A stretch of 64,000 bases of DNA from Alphaproteobacteria bacterium UBA6411 (GCA_002438565.1 DJPN01000022.1:2492-66491); one strand, 5' to 3'; counted from the first letter of the stretch, positions 29,478 to 38,817 are shown. A program made the numbers and translations. Notes: generated by a model not told the origin, from the letters alone.

Positions 29478-30572
29478 TCATCTGCCGAGGGATTTAAAGC
29501 TGGCGTTCATCCGCCGGCGCAACGCTTCGTTTTTCGCGCCGCTGTGCATTTTTCTGACGCCGCCTTCGGCCAGAAACGCTTTAAGCTTCACGCCTTTCAA
29601 AGCCTGCAGGTCGGCGGGTTCGACCTGTTTGATATCCGCCAGTCTCGTATTTTCGACACCCGTATCCAGATTTTTGTTCGGAACGGCTTTCAAAAACGCC
29701 TGCCGGTCGCCCGTCGACAAATAGTTTTCGGCCGCGCGGATGTACTTCGTGCCGCAGGCAATCGCTTCTTCGGTCAAATCGTTCAAATTTTTATGAACAA
29801 TTTCGCCCGTTACGGGATGTTTGAATGATTTGAAAGATTCCATCAGCGCCGGAATTTGACGGTCGTTTTGGTAAAAACCGGAAACGGCCAACTTCAACTT
29901 TCCGTCCGTGTAATCATCCAGACGGCGCAAAATGCCGCCGACGGTCTGATTTTGTGTTACTTTGCCGACCGCCAGCTGAACCAGCATGCCGCGACGGTAA
30001 TCGGACGACACGTCGCGGTTGATGTGATACGCCTTTTCATAGTTTTTGCAGAAAAAATCCGCCAGCATGCGGCTGTCGCCAATGTTATGCACGATTTTGC
30101 GCAACGGACGGAAATTGTTGAACGTCAGTCCCTTTTCCTGCATAAAATGCACGTCCAGCCAAGTTTCCGCATAGCGATGACGAGCTTTGGCCATATCTTC
30201 GCCCTCTTTGGACGTGTTGTTTTCAGGCACTTGCGATCCCGAAACGCTGTACACAAAGGGATGAAAAACCGTATCCGCAGCCATATGCGTCAGATAGCCG
30301 AACGCGAAAGCCTGCTTTTTGGCTTTGATTTCCGCGTTTTTTTCGGCGCGCACATCATCCAGCATTGTCACAACAACGGCGCGGGTGTCGTCGCCGAATC
30401 CGCCGTGAATTTTGGTCGAAAGCTTTGCCGTCGGACTGTATAAAAAGCTGTCGTGCGAAATCGCCCCCATGTGCAAAGCCGTCGCATTATGCGCCGCCCG
30501 TTTTGCCCACGGTTCTTTGGAGCGTTTTAAAATCTCGTCGGCAATGATGACATGTGTCAAATCACGAGGCAT
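29478..30572 (-). CDS. Zinc-dependent phospholipase C-like family protein
   Basis: 364 aa. THVIIADEI, LHMGAISHDSF and GYLTHMAADTVFHPFVY give a His/Asp-rich pattern like Zn_dep_PLPC. It is convergent with the DHH pair, with the stops 3 nt apart. Confidence 0.5.
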   Translation of the reverse strand: MPRDLTHVIIADEILKRSKEPWAKRAAHNATALHMGAISHDSFLYSPTAKLSTKIHGGFGDDTRAVVVTMLDDVRAEKNAEIKAKKQAFAFGYLTHMAADTVFHPFVYSVSGSQVPENNTSKEGEDMAKARHRYAETWLDVHFMQEKGLTFNNFRPLRKIVHNIGDSRMLADFFCKNYEKAYHINRDVSSDYRRGMLVQLAVGKVTQNQTVGGILRRLDDYTDGKLKLAVSGFYQNDRQIPALMESFKSFKHPVTGEIVHKNLNDLTEEAIACGTKYIRAAENYLSTGDRQAFLKAVPNKNLDTGVENTRLADIKQVEPADLQALKGVKLKAFLAEGGVRKMHSGAKNEALRRRMNASFKSLGR

Positions 30573-30637
30573 AGACTTCCCCCCTTTTTTACCCTTTTGG
30601 AAATTATTTTCGTCAAATTTCCGCTAAAAGTCAACGT

Positions 30638-30670
30638 AAAAAAACAGGCGAAAGTTTTACCTTCCGCCTG
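30638..30670 (-). terminator. Rho-independent terminator of gapR
   Basis: A CAGGCG (30645-30650) / CGCCTG (30665-30670) stem; on the minus strand the hairpin is followed by T7. Confidence 0.6.
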
Positions 30671-30689
30671 CTTTGCTTATCGGAAAAAC

Positions 30690-30947
30690 TTAATCCATGC
30701 CCAACGCGCGCTTGTACGTTTCCAGCATGAATTCCTCCTCCTGCCGTTCCATTTCGTCCTGTTTGCGGATTTTTAAAATGGCTTTCAAGGCTTTGACGTC
30801 GAAATTGGCAGATTTTGCTTCTTCGAACACTTCCTTGATATCGTTGGCCAAGGCTTTCTTTTCCTCTTCCAACCGTTCAACGCGTTCGATATAGCTCAGC
30901 AATCGGGCGGCATCAACGCCGTTTACGTCTTTGACTTCATCGGTCAT
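30690..30947 (-). CDS. gapR: GapR (DUF2312/UPF0335) nucleoid-associated protein
   Basis: 85 aa. LLSYIERVERLEEEKKALANDIKEVFEEAKSANFDVKALKAILKIRK is the DUF2312 signature of Alphaproteobacteria. Confidence 0.82.
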   Translation of the reverse strand: MTDEVKDVNGVDAARLLSYIERVERLEEEKKALANDIKEVFEEAKSANFDVKALKAILKIRKQDEMERQEEEFMLETYKRALGMD

Positions 30948-30959
30948 GGTTCTTCATCC

Positions 30960-31526
30960 TTATTCTTCGGCGTCTTCGACATCCAGCGGAGCCGCTTCGT
31001 TTTTCAAAGATTTCGGAGCGACTTCGACCGCTTTTTTCAAATCGATTTCCGTGCAAAGTCCCAGCAGTACGGGATTGCGCGCCTTGATGTTCGGCATGTT
31101 CCAATGCGTTCTGTTGCGGATGGCGTCAATCGAATTGTTCGTCGTCCCCAACAGTTTGCGGATTTGCGCATCGGACAGTTCGGGATGATGTTTCAAAATC
31201 CACGCAATCGCGTCGGGTTTGTCCTGACGTTTCGCCATCGGAGTATAGCGCGCCCCTTTGGAACGGACGGACAAAGCGGGCAAATCGCTTTCGTTCAAAC
31301 GCAGCGACGCTTTCGGATCGGCTTCACAGCGTTTGATTTCCTCGGCGGTCAGCTGGCCGTTGGCAATCGGGCTTTGTCCCATCATGGACGATCCGACGTC
31401 ACCGTCGGCAATCGCTTGAATTTCCAAGGAATGCATCCCGCAAAAATCGGCAATCTGTTCAAACGTCAAAGCGGTATTGTCGACCAGCCAAACGGCGGTC
31501 GCTTTGGGCATAAGAGGTAAAGACAT
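30960..31526 (-). CDS. trcR: DUF1013 protein (cell-cycle transcriptional regulator TrcR family)
   Basis: The ATG at 31526 gives MSLPLMPKATAVWLVDNTALTFEQIADFCGMH ... IDAIRNRTHWN, which is typical DUF1013. Confidence 0.72.
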   Translation of the reverse strand: MSLPLMPKATAVWLVDNTALTFEQIADFCGMHSLEIQAIADGDVGSSMMGQSPIANGQLTAEEIKRCEADPKASLRLNESDLPALSVRSKGARYTPMAKRQDKPDAIAWILKHHPELSDAQIRKLLGTTNNSIDAIRNRTHWNMPNIKARNPVLLGLCTEIDLKKAVEVAPKSLKNEAAPLDVEDAEE

Positions 31527-31628
31527 CGAAAAATCCTTTTCTAGGTGTAAAAAACAATGTTTGGCGCAAGGATAGCCCAAAAGCCCCCCTCTCGTCAAAA
31601 TGTTAATGCAAAAAAATTCAAAAGCCGC

Positions 31629-32066
31629 TTATTTTTTATCGGCTTGGCGTTCGTCGGTCAGCATCAAATCCGCAGGCCCCTGTTCGGCGGGAATCGGATC
31701 GTCCATATGGCGGCAGTTGCCTTCCAAATACGCGCCCTGTTCAATTTCCAGCCGTTCATGCGTGATGTCTCCGTTGACTTTCGCCGTCGTCGCCAGAAAA
31801 ACGGAGCGAGCGCACAAAACGCCGTTCACGTTGCCGTGGATTTTTGCCACATCCGCCTGTATGGACCCCGTAATCCGCGCGTTGACGCCGACAATCAGCA
31901 AACGGCAACGGATGTCGCCCTCAACAACGCCGTCAATATGAATTTCGCCGTCGCTGACAATATCGCCCGTGATTTTCAAATCCGAACTGATAATCGTCGG
32001 CGATTTAGGCCGTCTGTCGTTGTTGACCACTTTTGTGCCGCTTTCGTGTTTAACCTTTGAAAACAT
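31629..32066 (-). CDS. Bactofilin
   Basis: 145 aa. The beta-helical repeats IISSDLKITGDIVSDGEIHIDGVVEGDI ... are typical of the DUF583/bactofilin core. Confidence 0.85.
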   Translation of the reverse strand: MFSKVKHESGTKVVNNDRRPKSPTIISSDLKITGDIVSDGEIHIDGVVEGDIRCRLLIVGVNARITGSIQADVAKIHGNVNGVLCARSVFLATTAKVNGDITHERLEIEQGAYLEGNCRHMDDPIPAEQGPADLMLTDERQADKK

Positions 32067-33405
32067 TTCTTTCCGCCTTCATAAAACTCATCGGATCCAC
32101 GGCATATCCTCTGACGCGGATCTCGTAATGCAAATGAGAACCCGAACTGCGCCCCGTACTGCCGACCGTTCCTATCTGGTCGCCGGCACGGACGGCGTCG
32201 CCTTTTGTGACAAGAATCTTGTCCATGTGGGCGTAGCGCGTTCTGAATCCCAACCCATGGTCTATTTCGACCATATTTCCATACCATCCCCACCGTCCGG
32301 CACGGATAACCTTGCCTGGGGCGGTTGTGTAAATCGGTTCGCCCGTCATACCGCCCAAATCGACAGCTTCGTGCCGCGCCGGCACGCCTTGAAACGGATC
32401 TTCGCGCGCGCCGAACGGCGATGTGACGCGAATACGGCTGATGGGCTTTCCGATTGGCAAAGCGTTCTGCAATGCCGTTAAATCATATAGTTTGTCCAGC
32501 CGCTGATTCAAGCCGATCAAAGCAATATTCAGCCGGTTTTCCTTTCGCGGCATCGGCGCGGGAATAAAAGGCCCCCCAACACCCGTTTTTTCTTTGTCGC
32601 GGCGAATCCGGCCCAACAGAGAATCCACACCCAGCCCCGCCGCCTGCAAAGATTTACCGATATCCGTCAATCCGGTTTCAATGGCGCCGATATTTTCATT
32701 CGCCACGGACGCCATTTTTCTGAACGCCAGAATTTGCGTGTCCTGCATAGAGGAAACCAGGCTTTCCAACCTGCGCACTTTGCCGCGCAGCATTTCGGAA
32801 TCCGCCATCGCCAGATCGCGCTGCAGACTTGCTTCGGACAGTTTCGCTTCTGCCGAAACGGGCAGCCGCGCGATTTCAATCAGCCGCGTTCTGACGGCAT
32901 CGGTCTGCGCCAACAACAAAGCGCGGCGTTCCCGCCCCTCATCAATTCCGTTAAGTTCCGCAACATCGTTCGCTTCATCGTCTGGCTGTTTTTTCCGAAC
33001 AACGGAAACGGCGGGAACGTTTGTTTCACGCAATCTGTCCAATTCGGCATAACTTGAATTCAATTCACCGGATATTTTTTCAAAGTAATCGTTCAGCGCA
33101 TTGACTTCGCCAATCAAAGTCTGATAAGCCCGCGTCGCGGCGCGCGCGCGTTCGTCTTGCTGCGACAGCAGCCGCGCCGTATTGAAATAACACCCCGACG
33201 CGAACACGCCCCACAGTCCCAAAACGACCAGCGTTCCGGCAACCGCCGCCTGCATGCCCGCGGAAATGCTGAAACATCTGACATCCGCATCCGTGCGAAT
33301 CAAAATTTCCCGCGGCTTGAACCAGCGGCGGAACAATGACGGTTTATGATTTGACGTTTCTTTGTCCACAGTCGCAAGAATCCTTTTTGTCTTTTTAAAA
33401 AGCAT
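32050..33405 (-). CDS. M23/LytM metallopeptidase with an N-terminal TM segment and coiled coil (LmdC-like bactofilin partner)
   Basis: The ATG at 33405 gives 451 aa. There is a TM segment (AAVAGTLVVLGLWGVFA) and a coiled coil. The C-terminus has HEAVDLGG ... GNMVEIDHG ... GSTGRSSGSHLHYEI (HxxxD / HxH). It overlaps the bactofilin start by 17 nt. Confidence 0.85.
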   Translation of the reverse strand: MLFKKTKRILATVDKETSNHKPSLFRRWFKPREILIRTDADVRCFSISAGMQAAVAGTLVVLGLWGVFASGCYFNTARLLSQQDERARAATRAYQTLIGEVNALNDYFEKISGELNSSYAELDRLRETNVPAVSVVRKKQPDDEANDVAELNGIDEGRERRALLLAQTDAVRTRLIEIARLPVSAEAKLSEASLQRDLAMADSEMLRGKVRRLESLVSSMQDTQILAFRKMASVANENIGAIETGLTDIGKSLQAAGLGVDSLLGRIRRDKEKTGVGGPFIPAPMPRKENRLNIALIGLNQRLDKLYDLTALQNALPIGKPISRIRVTSPFGAREDPFQGVPARHEAVDLGGMTGEPIYTTAPGKVIRAGRWGWYGNMVEIDHGLGFRTRYAHMDKILVTKGDAVRAGDQIGTVGSTGRSSGSHLHYEIRVRGYAVDPMSFMKAERNVFKG

Positions 33406-33454
33406 ACTATATGATACAAGCGTTTTAAAACTTTTTTTTATCGGAAGGCAAAAA

Positions 33455-33928
33455 ATGACCGCAAAAACAAAAGCCGCTTTTATTTTGGGAACATGGTTCG
33501 GATCGGGCAAAGCCCCCGTTGCATCGGGAACATTCGGATCGCTGGCGGCTCTGCCGTTCGGGTGGGCGCTGATGCATTACACGGGATTGACGGGATTGCT
33601 GGCCGCCGCCGTCATTGTCTACTTTATCGGTGTTTGGGCGGCAAAAACCGTTATGGACGAACTGAAAGTCGAAGACCCCGGACTGATTGTCATTGATGAA
33701 GTGGTCGGTCAATGGCTGGCTTTGGCGACCGCGCCGATGACGTTTGCGGGCTGTATGGCGGCGTTTTTCTTTTTCCGCCTGTTCGACATCACAAAGCCCT
33801 ACCCCGCCTGCTGGGCGGATTCAAAGCTGCACAGCGCGACGGGCGTGATGCTGGACGATGTATTTGCGGGCATTTACGCGGCAATCGCCGTTTTTCTGAC
33901 GTTCAAATACATCCCTTTGCCGTTCTGA
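33455..33928 (+). CDS. pgpA: Phosphatidylglycerophosphatase A
   Basis: The internal ATG at 33455 gives 157 aa, with GTWFGSGKAPVASGTFGSLAALP ... IVIDEVVGQW ... FRLFDITKP. Confidence 0.85.
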   Translation: MTAKTKAAFILGTWFGSGKAPVASGTFGSLAALPFGWALMHYTGLTGLLAAAVIVYFIGVWAAKTVMDELKVEDPGLIVIDEVVGQWLALATAPMTFAGCMAAFFFFRLFDITKPYPACWADSKLHSATGVMLDDVFAGIYAAIAVFLTFKYIPLPF

Positions 33929-34249
33929 TTACTCCGTTCCTTCCAGAATGATGTAATCGCCGTCCTGCCCCATGTTCAGCATGGCGCGGGCGGATTCTTC
34001 CAGCATGTCCGCGTCAATGCTTTGCGGGGACAGCATGCGGACTTTCTGCTCCATTTCCGCGCGGCGCAAAGCGATTTCATCGGCGACTTGTCTGGCAACG
34101 GCGATTTCCTGCTTCAGTTCAAACATGCGGCGCACCCCGCGTTCGCCGTTGACCGCGTGCCAGCCGAAATAAAACGTCAGCACCAGCCAAAACAAAGGCG
34201 ATAAAACATGCCGCGTCCTGCGGCGGATTTCACGAATCAAGCGCGGCAT
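33929..34249 (-). CDS. ftsB: Septum formation initiator FtsB/DivIC family
   Basis: 106 aa, with one TM segment (LFWLVLTFYFGWHAV) and a leucine-zipper-like coiled coil. The start shares 1 nt with the atpG stop (TAATG at 34247-34251). Confidence 0.7.
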   Translation of the reverse strand: MPRLIREIRRRTRHVLSPLFWLVLTFYFGWHAVNGERGVRRMFELKQEIAVARQVADEIALRRAEMEQKVRMLSPQSIDADMLEESARAMLNMGQDGDYIILEGTE

Positions 34250-35136
34250 TATTTTTTCTTTCGCATTGCTTCCGCACCGTTGACAACGTCCAGCAGTTCT
34301 GTGGTGATGTTTTCCTGCCGCATCTGCTGATACTGCAGATTCATCGCTTCCAAGTTTTCATCAATGTTCTTTTCCGCCGCCTGCATTGTCGTCAGCCGCA
34401 TGTGGTGTTCGGCTGAAAGCGCCTCCGTAATTGCGGTGGACAGCTCGATAAGCAGGCGTTCTTTGAGCAAAGCTGAATAAATCTTGGCGGGCGGCAGAGT
34501 GTACGTCGGCAAATTGCGTCCGGGCCAGCCGCGTTTTTTCAAGCGCTCCATCCACTCCGTCCTCAGCGGCATCAGCAGCGTTTCCGTCGCGGACACGCTG
34601 ACCCCGCGCTTTTCGCTGTAAAAGACGTAAACATGCGTCACATGATGCGTGTGCATGTACTTGTCCGCCGTTATCAGAACGGAAGCCGCCGTTTTGCTGA
34701 CCGCCTTGACCGAATTGGACACGGGGTATCCTTCGGTCACGTTCCGCTTGTCGCGCACCAGCTGACCGATAATCTGCCGTCCGACGGCGATAAAGTTCAC
34801 TTGGTCAAGCGCAAAGCCTTTCTTGCGCAAAAAATCCTGCGCGTACTGCACGACTTCGCGGTTCATTTTGCCGACCAGCCCCGTATCCGACCCGATGACA
34901 ATCGCCAGAGCGCGGCGCGTTTCGGGTTTCATATAAGGGTCGCGGGGAATCTGCAAATCGCCGTTTTTCATCAAAGCGACAACCCCCAAATTGATGGTGC
35001 GGCCGTATTCAATCAACGATTTCAGCGCCGTGTCGTACTGAATGATGCTGACGGCGGACAGCGATTTCATCGTTGAAACGATGGATCGCAAATCGTTGGT
35101 CGTTTTGATGCGTTTTTGCAGCCCCTCGATATCCAT
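34249..35136 (-). CDS. atpG: N-type F1Fo ATPase gamma subunit
   Basis: 295 aa. LRSIVSTMKSLSAVSI ... and the C-terminal ITTELLDVVNGAEA are gamma-type. It is the last gene of the atpDCQRBEFAG order. Confidence 0.85.
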   Translation of the reverse strand: MDIEGLQKRIKTTNDLRSIVSTMKSLSAVSIIQYDTALKSLIEYGRTINLGVVALMKNGDLQIPRDPYMKPETRRALAIVIGSDTGLVGKMNREVVQYAQDFLRKKGFALDQVNFIAVGRQIIGQLVRDKRNVTEGYPVSNSVKAVSKTAASVLITADKYMHTHHVTHVYVFYSEKRGVSVSATETLLMPLRTEWMERLKKRGWPGRNLPTYTLPPAKIYSALLKERLLIELSTAITEALSAEHHMRLTTMQAAEKNIDENLEAMNLQYQQMRQENITTELLDVVNGAEAMRKKK

Positions 35137-35137
35137 T

Positions 35138-36667
35138 CTACACCTGCTTTGCCGTCACAATGTGTTCGTTAATCAAAGCCGCGCGAATATCGTCCGCCAA
35201 CGTTTTTTTGCGTTCGGGTGACAGTTTTTCGCGGCGAAGAATCGCGTCCGACATGTCTTTGTGCTTGGTTTTCATCAGCGACGCGATAACGCGGTACGCC
35301 TTTTCGCGCGAATCGTCCGCCACGTTGTCCAGCAAGCCTTCGGTCGTCGCGAACAAAATCGCGATTTGTTCCACGACGGGAACGGGCGCGAACTGCTTTT
35401 GCTGCATCACGGCGCGGATTGCCCGCCCGCGCTTCAGCTGGCGTTCCGTTTCCGCATCCAAGTGCGAACGGAACTTTGCAAAGCTTTCCAATTCCTCAAA
35501 CTGCGAAAACGCCAGCTTCAAAGGACCGACCAACGCGCTGTAAGCGGGCAGCTGCGCGTCGCCGCCCACGCGGGACACCGAACGCCCCGTGTCGATAGCG
35601 GGCAGAATGCCCTTTTGAAACATCGGCGAAGACAAATAAATCTGCCCGTCCGTAATGGAAATGATGTTCGTCGGAATGTACGCGGACATATTTTGCGCTT
35701 CGGTTTCCACAATCGGCAAAGCCGTCAAGGAACCGCCGCCGAATTCGGGCTTCAAGCGCGTCGAACGTTCCAGCAGGCGCGAATGAATATAGAAAATATC
35801 GCCGGGGAAAGCTTCGCGTCCGGGGGGACGGCGCAGCAGCAGCGACAGTTCGCGGTACGCGCGGGCATGCGCGGTCAAATCATCGTAAACGACCAGAACG
35901 TCCTTGCCCTTTTCCATAAAGTATTCGCCGATAGCCGTCGCCGCGTAAGGGGCGATGTACTGCATCCCCGCCGTTTCGTCGCCCGACGCCGCCACGACAA
36001 TCGTGTTTTTCATCACGTCGTATTTTTTCAAGTTGTCGACAACGCGGGCAATCGCCGTACCGCGCTGTGCGATTGCGCAGTAAATGCAAATCACGCCCGT
36101 GTTTTTCTGGTTGATAATCGCGTCAATCGCCAAAGCGGTTTTCCCCGTCTGGCGGTCGCCCAAAATCAGTTCGCGCTGTCCGCGGCCGATGGGCGTAAAG
36201 GAATCAATCGCCTTAATCCCCGTTTGCAAAGGAACCGCCACGGGGGCGCGCGCCATAATCGGATAGGCTTCGCGTTCGATTTTGCGGCGGTTGACGGTTA
36301 CAATGCGTCCCGCATCGTCCAAAGGATTGCCCAGCGGATCGATGACGCGCCCCAACAGGCGTTCGCCGACGGGTACGTCGACAACGCGCCCCGTGCGATG
36401 CACGCGGTCGCCCGCCTTGATTGAATCGGGATTGTTCAAAAACACAACGCCGACGGAATTTTCGGCCAAAGTGAATGCCAGCCCCATGACGTCGTTCGGG
36501 AACATCAGCAGTTCCTCCATTTGAACGTTGTCCAAACGGGACACTTCCGCCGTTCCGCCCGAAACGGACGAAACGGTGCTGATTTCCTCGACACCGACCT
36601 TGGCGGACTGTTTGTCAATCGTGTCCTGAACAACGGAAAAGGCGTCTTTTACGGTATCTAAAATCAT
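35138..36667 (-). CDS. atpA: N-type F1Fo ATPase alpha subunit
   Basis: 509 aa, with GDRQTGKTALAID (Walker A) and VVYDDLTAHA. Confidence 0.93.
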   Translation of the reverse strand: MILDTVKDAFSVVQDTIDKQSAKVGVEEISTVSSVSGGTAEVSRLDNVQMEELLMFPNDVMGLAFTLAENSVGVVFLNNPDSIKAGDRVHRTGRVVDVPVGERLLGRVIDPLGNPLDDAGRIVTVNRRKIEREAYPIMARAPVAVPLQTGIKAIDSFTPIGRGQRELILGDRQTGKTALAIDAIINQKNTGVICIYCAIAQRGTAIARVVDNLKKYDVMKNTIVVAASGDETAGMQYIAPYAATAIGEYFMEKGKDVLVVYDDLTAHARAYRELSLLLRRPPGREAFPGDIFYIHSRLLERSTRLKPEFGGGSLTALPIVETEAQNMSAYIPTNIISITDGQIYLSSPMFQKGILPAIDTGRSVSRVGGDAQLPAYSALVGPLKLAFSQFEELESFAKFRSHLDAETERQLKRGRAIRAVMQQKQFAPVPVVEQIAILFATTEGLLDNVADDSREKAYRVIASLMKTKHKDMSDAILRREKLSPERKKTLADDIRAALINEHIVTAKQV

Positions 36668-36682
36668 GGGGTCCCCCGTTTT

Positions 36683-37471
36683 TTATGCGTTTTCCTCGCG
36701 TCCCAGACGCAAAGTCATATTTTCCAGCGCTTCATCGACTTTTGCCGTAAAGGTGTTCAAATAATCGTCCAAATTCCACGACACGACATTGCCGTTGACC
36801 GAAAATTCAACCCCGCACAGCAGGCGCGGATTGACATCGAATTCGACCTCGGTATCGTCATCCAAATCCAACACTTCCGTCAGCATTTGCGTCAAACCGT
36901 TTTTCGCTTCGGCGGTCAGTTCTTCGGAGGTCGACACGCGCAAAGGCGCTTTTTGCCCTTCCGCGCTCAAGACTTTTTTGTCTTTGGACGGCATATCGCG
37001 CAACTGTTCCTTGAATACGGAAACAAAGCGTTCCTCCAATTCTTCGTTTGCCATGCGTTTGAACGCTTTGCGCGCGAATTCCAGAAAGTTCGCAACGACG
37101 GTTTGACGGATTTCGTTGGTCATCACGGCTTTTTCACGATCGAATTCCTGTTGAAGAAGCAGCTTCTTTTCCAGAATTTCGGCGCGCGCATCCTGTTCCA
37201 GTTGTTTACGCAAAGCGGCGGCTTCATCGCGGGCTTCGTTCAAGATTTGCGCTTTTTCAGCGTCGATTTCCTGATAACGCTTGTTCAAATCCGTCAGCTT
37301 GCGTTCGGCTTCCGCCGACAGGTCTTCGGCGTTTTTGACTTCGTCCGCAATATGCTTTTCGCGTTTCGCAATGGCGGCCAGCAAAGGCTTGTACAGGAAT
37401 TTGTACAACGCCCACGCCAGCACCGTAAAGTTGACGATTTGCGCCAAAATGGTGGTGTAATCTATTGACAT
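36683..37471 (-). CDS. atpF: N-type F1Fo ATPase subunit b (long form; no separate delta gene in the cluster)
   Basis: 262 aa, with an N-terminal TM segment (ILAQIVNFTVLAWALYKFLY) and a long charged helix plus a C-terminal extension. No atpH lies between b and alpha. Confidence 0.8.
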   Translation of the reverse strand: MSIDYTTILAQIVNFTVLAWALYKFLYKPLLAAIAKREKHIADEVKNAEDLSAEAERKLTDLNKRYQEIDAEKAQILNEARDEAAALRKQLEQDARAEILEKKLLLQQEFDREKAVMTNEIRQTVVANFLEFARKAFKRMANEELEERFVSVFKEQLRDMPSKDKKVLSAEGQKAPLRVSTSEELTAEAKNGLTQMLTEVLDLDDDTEVEFDVNPRLLCGVEFSVNGNVVSWNLDDYLNTFTAKVDEALENMTLRLGREENA

Positions 37472-37501
37472 GTCCTTTATCCTTTCAAAAGGGGCAAAGG
37501 C

Positions 37502-37780
37502 TTATTTCGCAACGGTCGAAATCGCGTACTGCCAGAACGGGTTGGCGAACAGCAAAATCATCGCGACGACAAAGCAGTAAATGCCAGACGTTTCGACAAT
37601 CGCCAAAGAAATGAACATCGTGCGGGAAATCGAACCGGCTTCGTCGGGCTGCTGCGCCAAAGACGTCAAGCCGGACGCCACCGCGTAACCTTCCGCCAAA
37701 CCTGCCGCGGACGCGCCGACGCACAGACAGAACCCCGCCGTAAAAATCGAAATGGAACCCAAAATAGCGACTAAATCCAT
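37502..37780 (-). CDS. atpE: N-type F1Fo ATPase c subunit
   Basis: 92 aa hairpin. GLAEGYA in helix 1 and AIVETSGIYCFVVAMILLFANPF in helix 2 are near-collinear with the Ilyobacter tartaricus c subunit (VGQGYA / [23 protein letters not shown]). Confidence 0.9.
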   Translation of the reverse strand: MDLVAILGSISIFTAGFCLCVGASAAGLAEGYAVASGLTSLAQQPDEAGSISRTMFISLAIVETSGIYCFVVAMILLFANPFWQYAISTVAK

Positions 37781-37795
37781 AATACAGTCCTCCTG

Positions 37796-38524
37796 TTATT
37801 TTTCTAAAGTTTCAAGTGCTTGTTTTTTATCTTGAACGGCGGGCGGTTCGTCTTCATCGCCGTGAACGGACGAAACGTACATCAGCGCCAGCATTGCGAA
37901 AATGTAAGCTTGAATCATCCCCGTGAACAGCCCGAACACCTGCATCGGCAAAGGCAGAATGAACGGCACCAGCATCAGGCAAACCGAACCGATGATGACG
38001 CCCGACAACACATTGCCGAACAAACGGACGGCCATCGCGCCCGTCGACGTCAGTTCGCTTAAAACGTTGAACGGCAGCATCGCGGGCGACGGTTCGATGT
38101 ATTTTTTCAGATACTTTTTCAATCCCGCGTCCTTAATGCCGAAAAACGGAATCCCGAACAGCACCATGACCGCCAAAGCCCCCGTCGTGGACAGCGACGC
38201 CGTCGGCGATTTGAATTCGGGAACCAAAGTCAACAAATTGCACGTCAGAATGAACAAAAACAGCGTCCCGATGAACGGCAGATACGTCATCGCCCTGTTT
38301 GCTTTCGTCATTTCGCTGATTTGTCCGTAAATGGCTTTGACCATGACTTCCATCGCGGTTTGCCAGTGGGATACTTTGTCGCCCGTCTTTAAATTGCGTG
38401 TCGCCAGAAACGACACCAGCATCAGCACCGCCATCACAATCCACGTCGACGCAATCGTCCAGTTGACGGGAAAGTTGAAATACGGCATCACAAAAGCGAT
38501 TTGCCGATCGTAAACTTCTAACAT
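37796..38524 (-). CDS. atpB: N-type F1Fo ATPase a subunit
   Basis: 242 aa, polytopic. AVRLFGNVLSG contains the conserved stator Arg. Confidence 0.88.
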   Translation of the reverse strand: MLEVYDRQIAFVMPYFNFPVNWTIASTWIVMAVLMLVSFLATRNLKTGDKVSHWQTAMEVMVKAIYGQISEMTKANRAMTYLPFIGTLFLFILTCNLLTLVPEFKSPTASLSTTGALAVMVLFGIPFFGIKDAGLKKYLKKYIEPSPAMLPFNVLSELTSTGAMAVRLFGNVLSGVIIGSVCLMLVPFILPLPMQVFGLFTGMIQAYIFAMLALMYVSSVHGDEDEPPAVQDKKQALETLEK

Positions 38525-38817
38525 GCGGGTTTCTCCTTTGCCCTCAGTTGTTTTTTAACCGTGCGGACGATGACGAAACGGGCGATGAACAGCCCGACGA
38601 CGCCCGACAGCAAAACCTGTTCGTCGTAACGCGTCAAAACAAACAATCCGCCAATCAGTCCGACGGAACGCGCCAGCCAGCTGAAAAACAGAAAACGTTT
38701 TTTGTTTTCAACGGCTTTCAAGCGCATGACCGACCAAAACAGCCCGCCGAAATACAGCGCGCCCATCACCGCGCCCGCGACCAAACCGATTGAAATCGAA
38801 ACGGGATTCAAGTTCAT
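38518..38817 (-). CDS. atpR: N-ATPase subunit AtpR
   Basis: 99 aa membrane protein. GALYFGGLFWSVMRL contains the membrane-embedded Arg typical of AtpR. Its position between atpQ and atpB is diagnostic. Confidence 0.72.
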   Translation of the reverse strand: MNLNPVSISIGLVAGAVMGALYFGGLFWSVMRLKAVENKKRFLFFSWLARSVGLIGGLFVLTRYDEQVLLSGVVGLFIARFVIVRTVKKQLRAKEKPAC

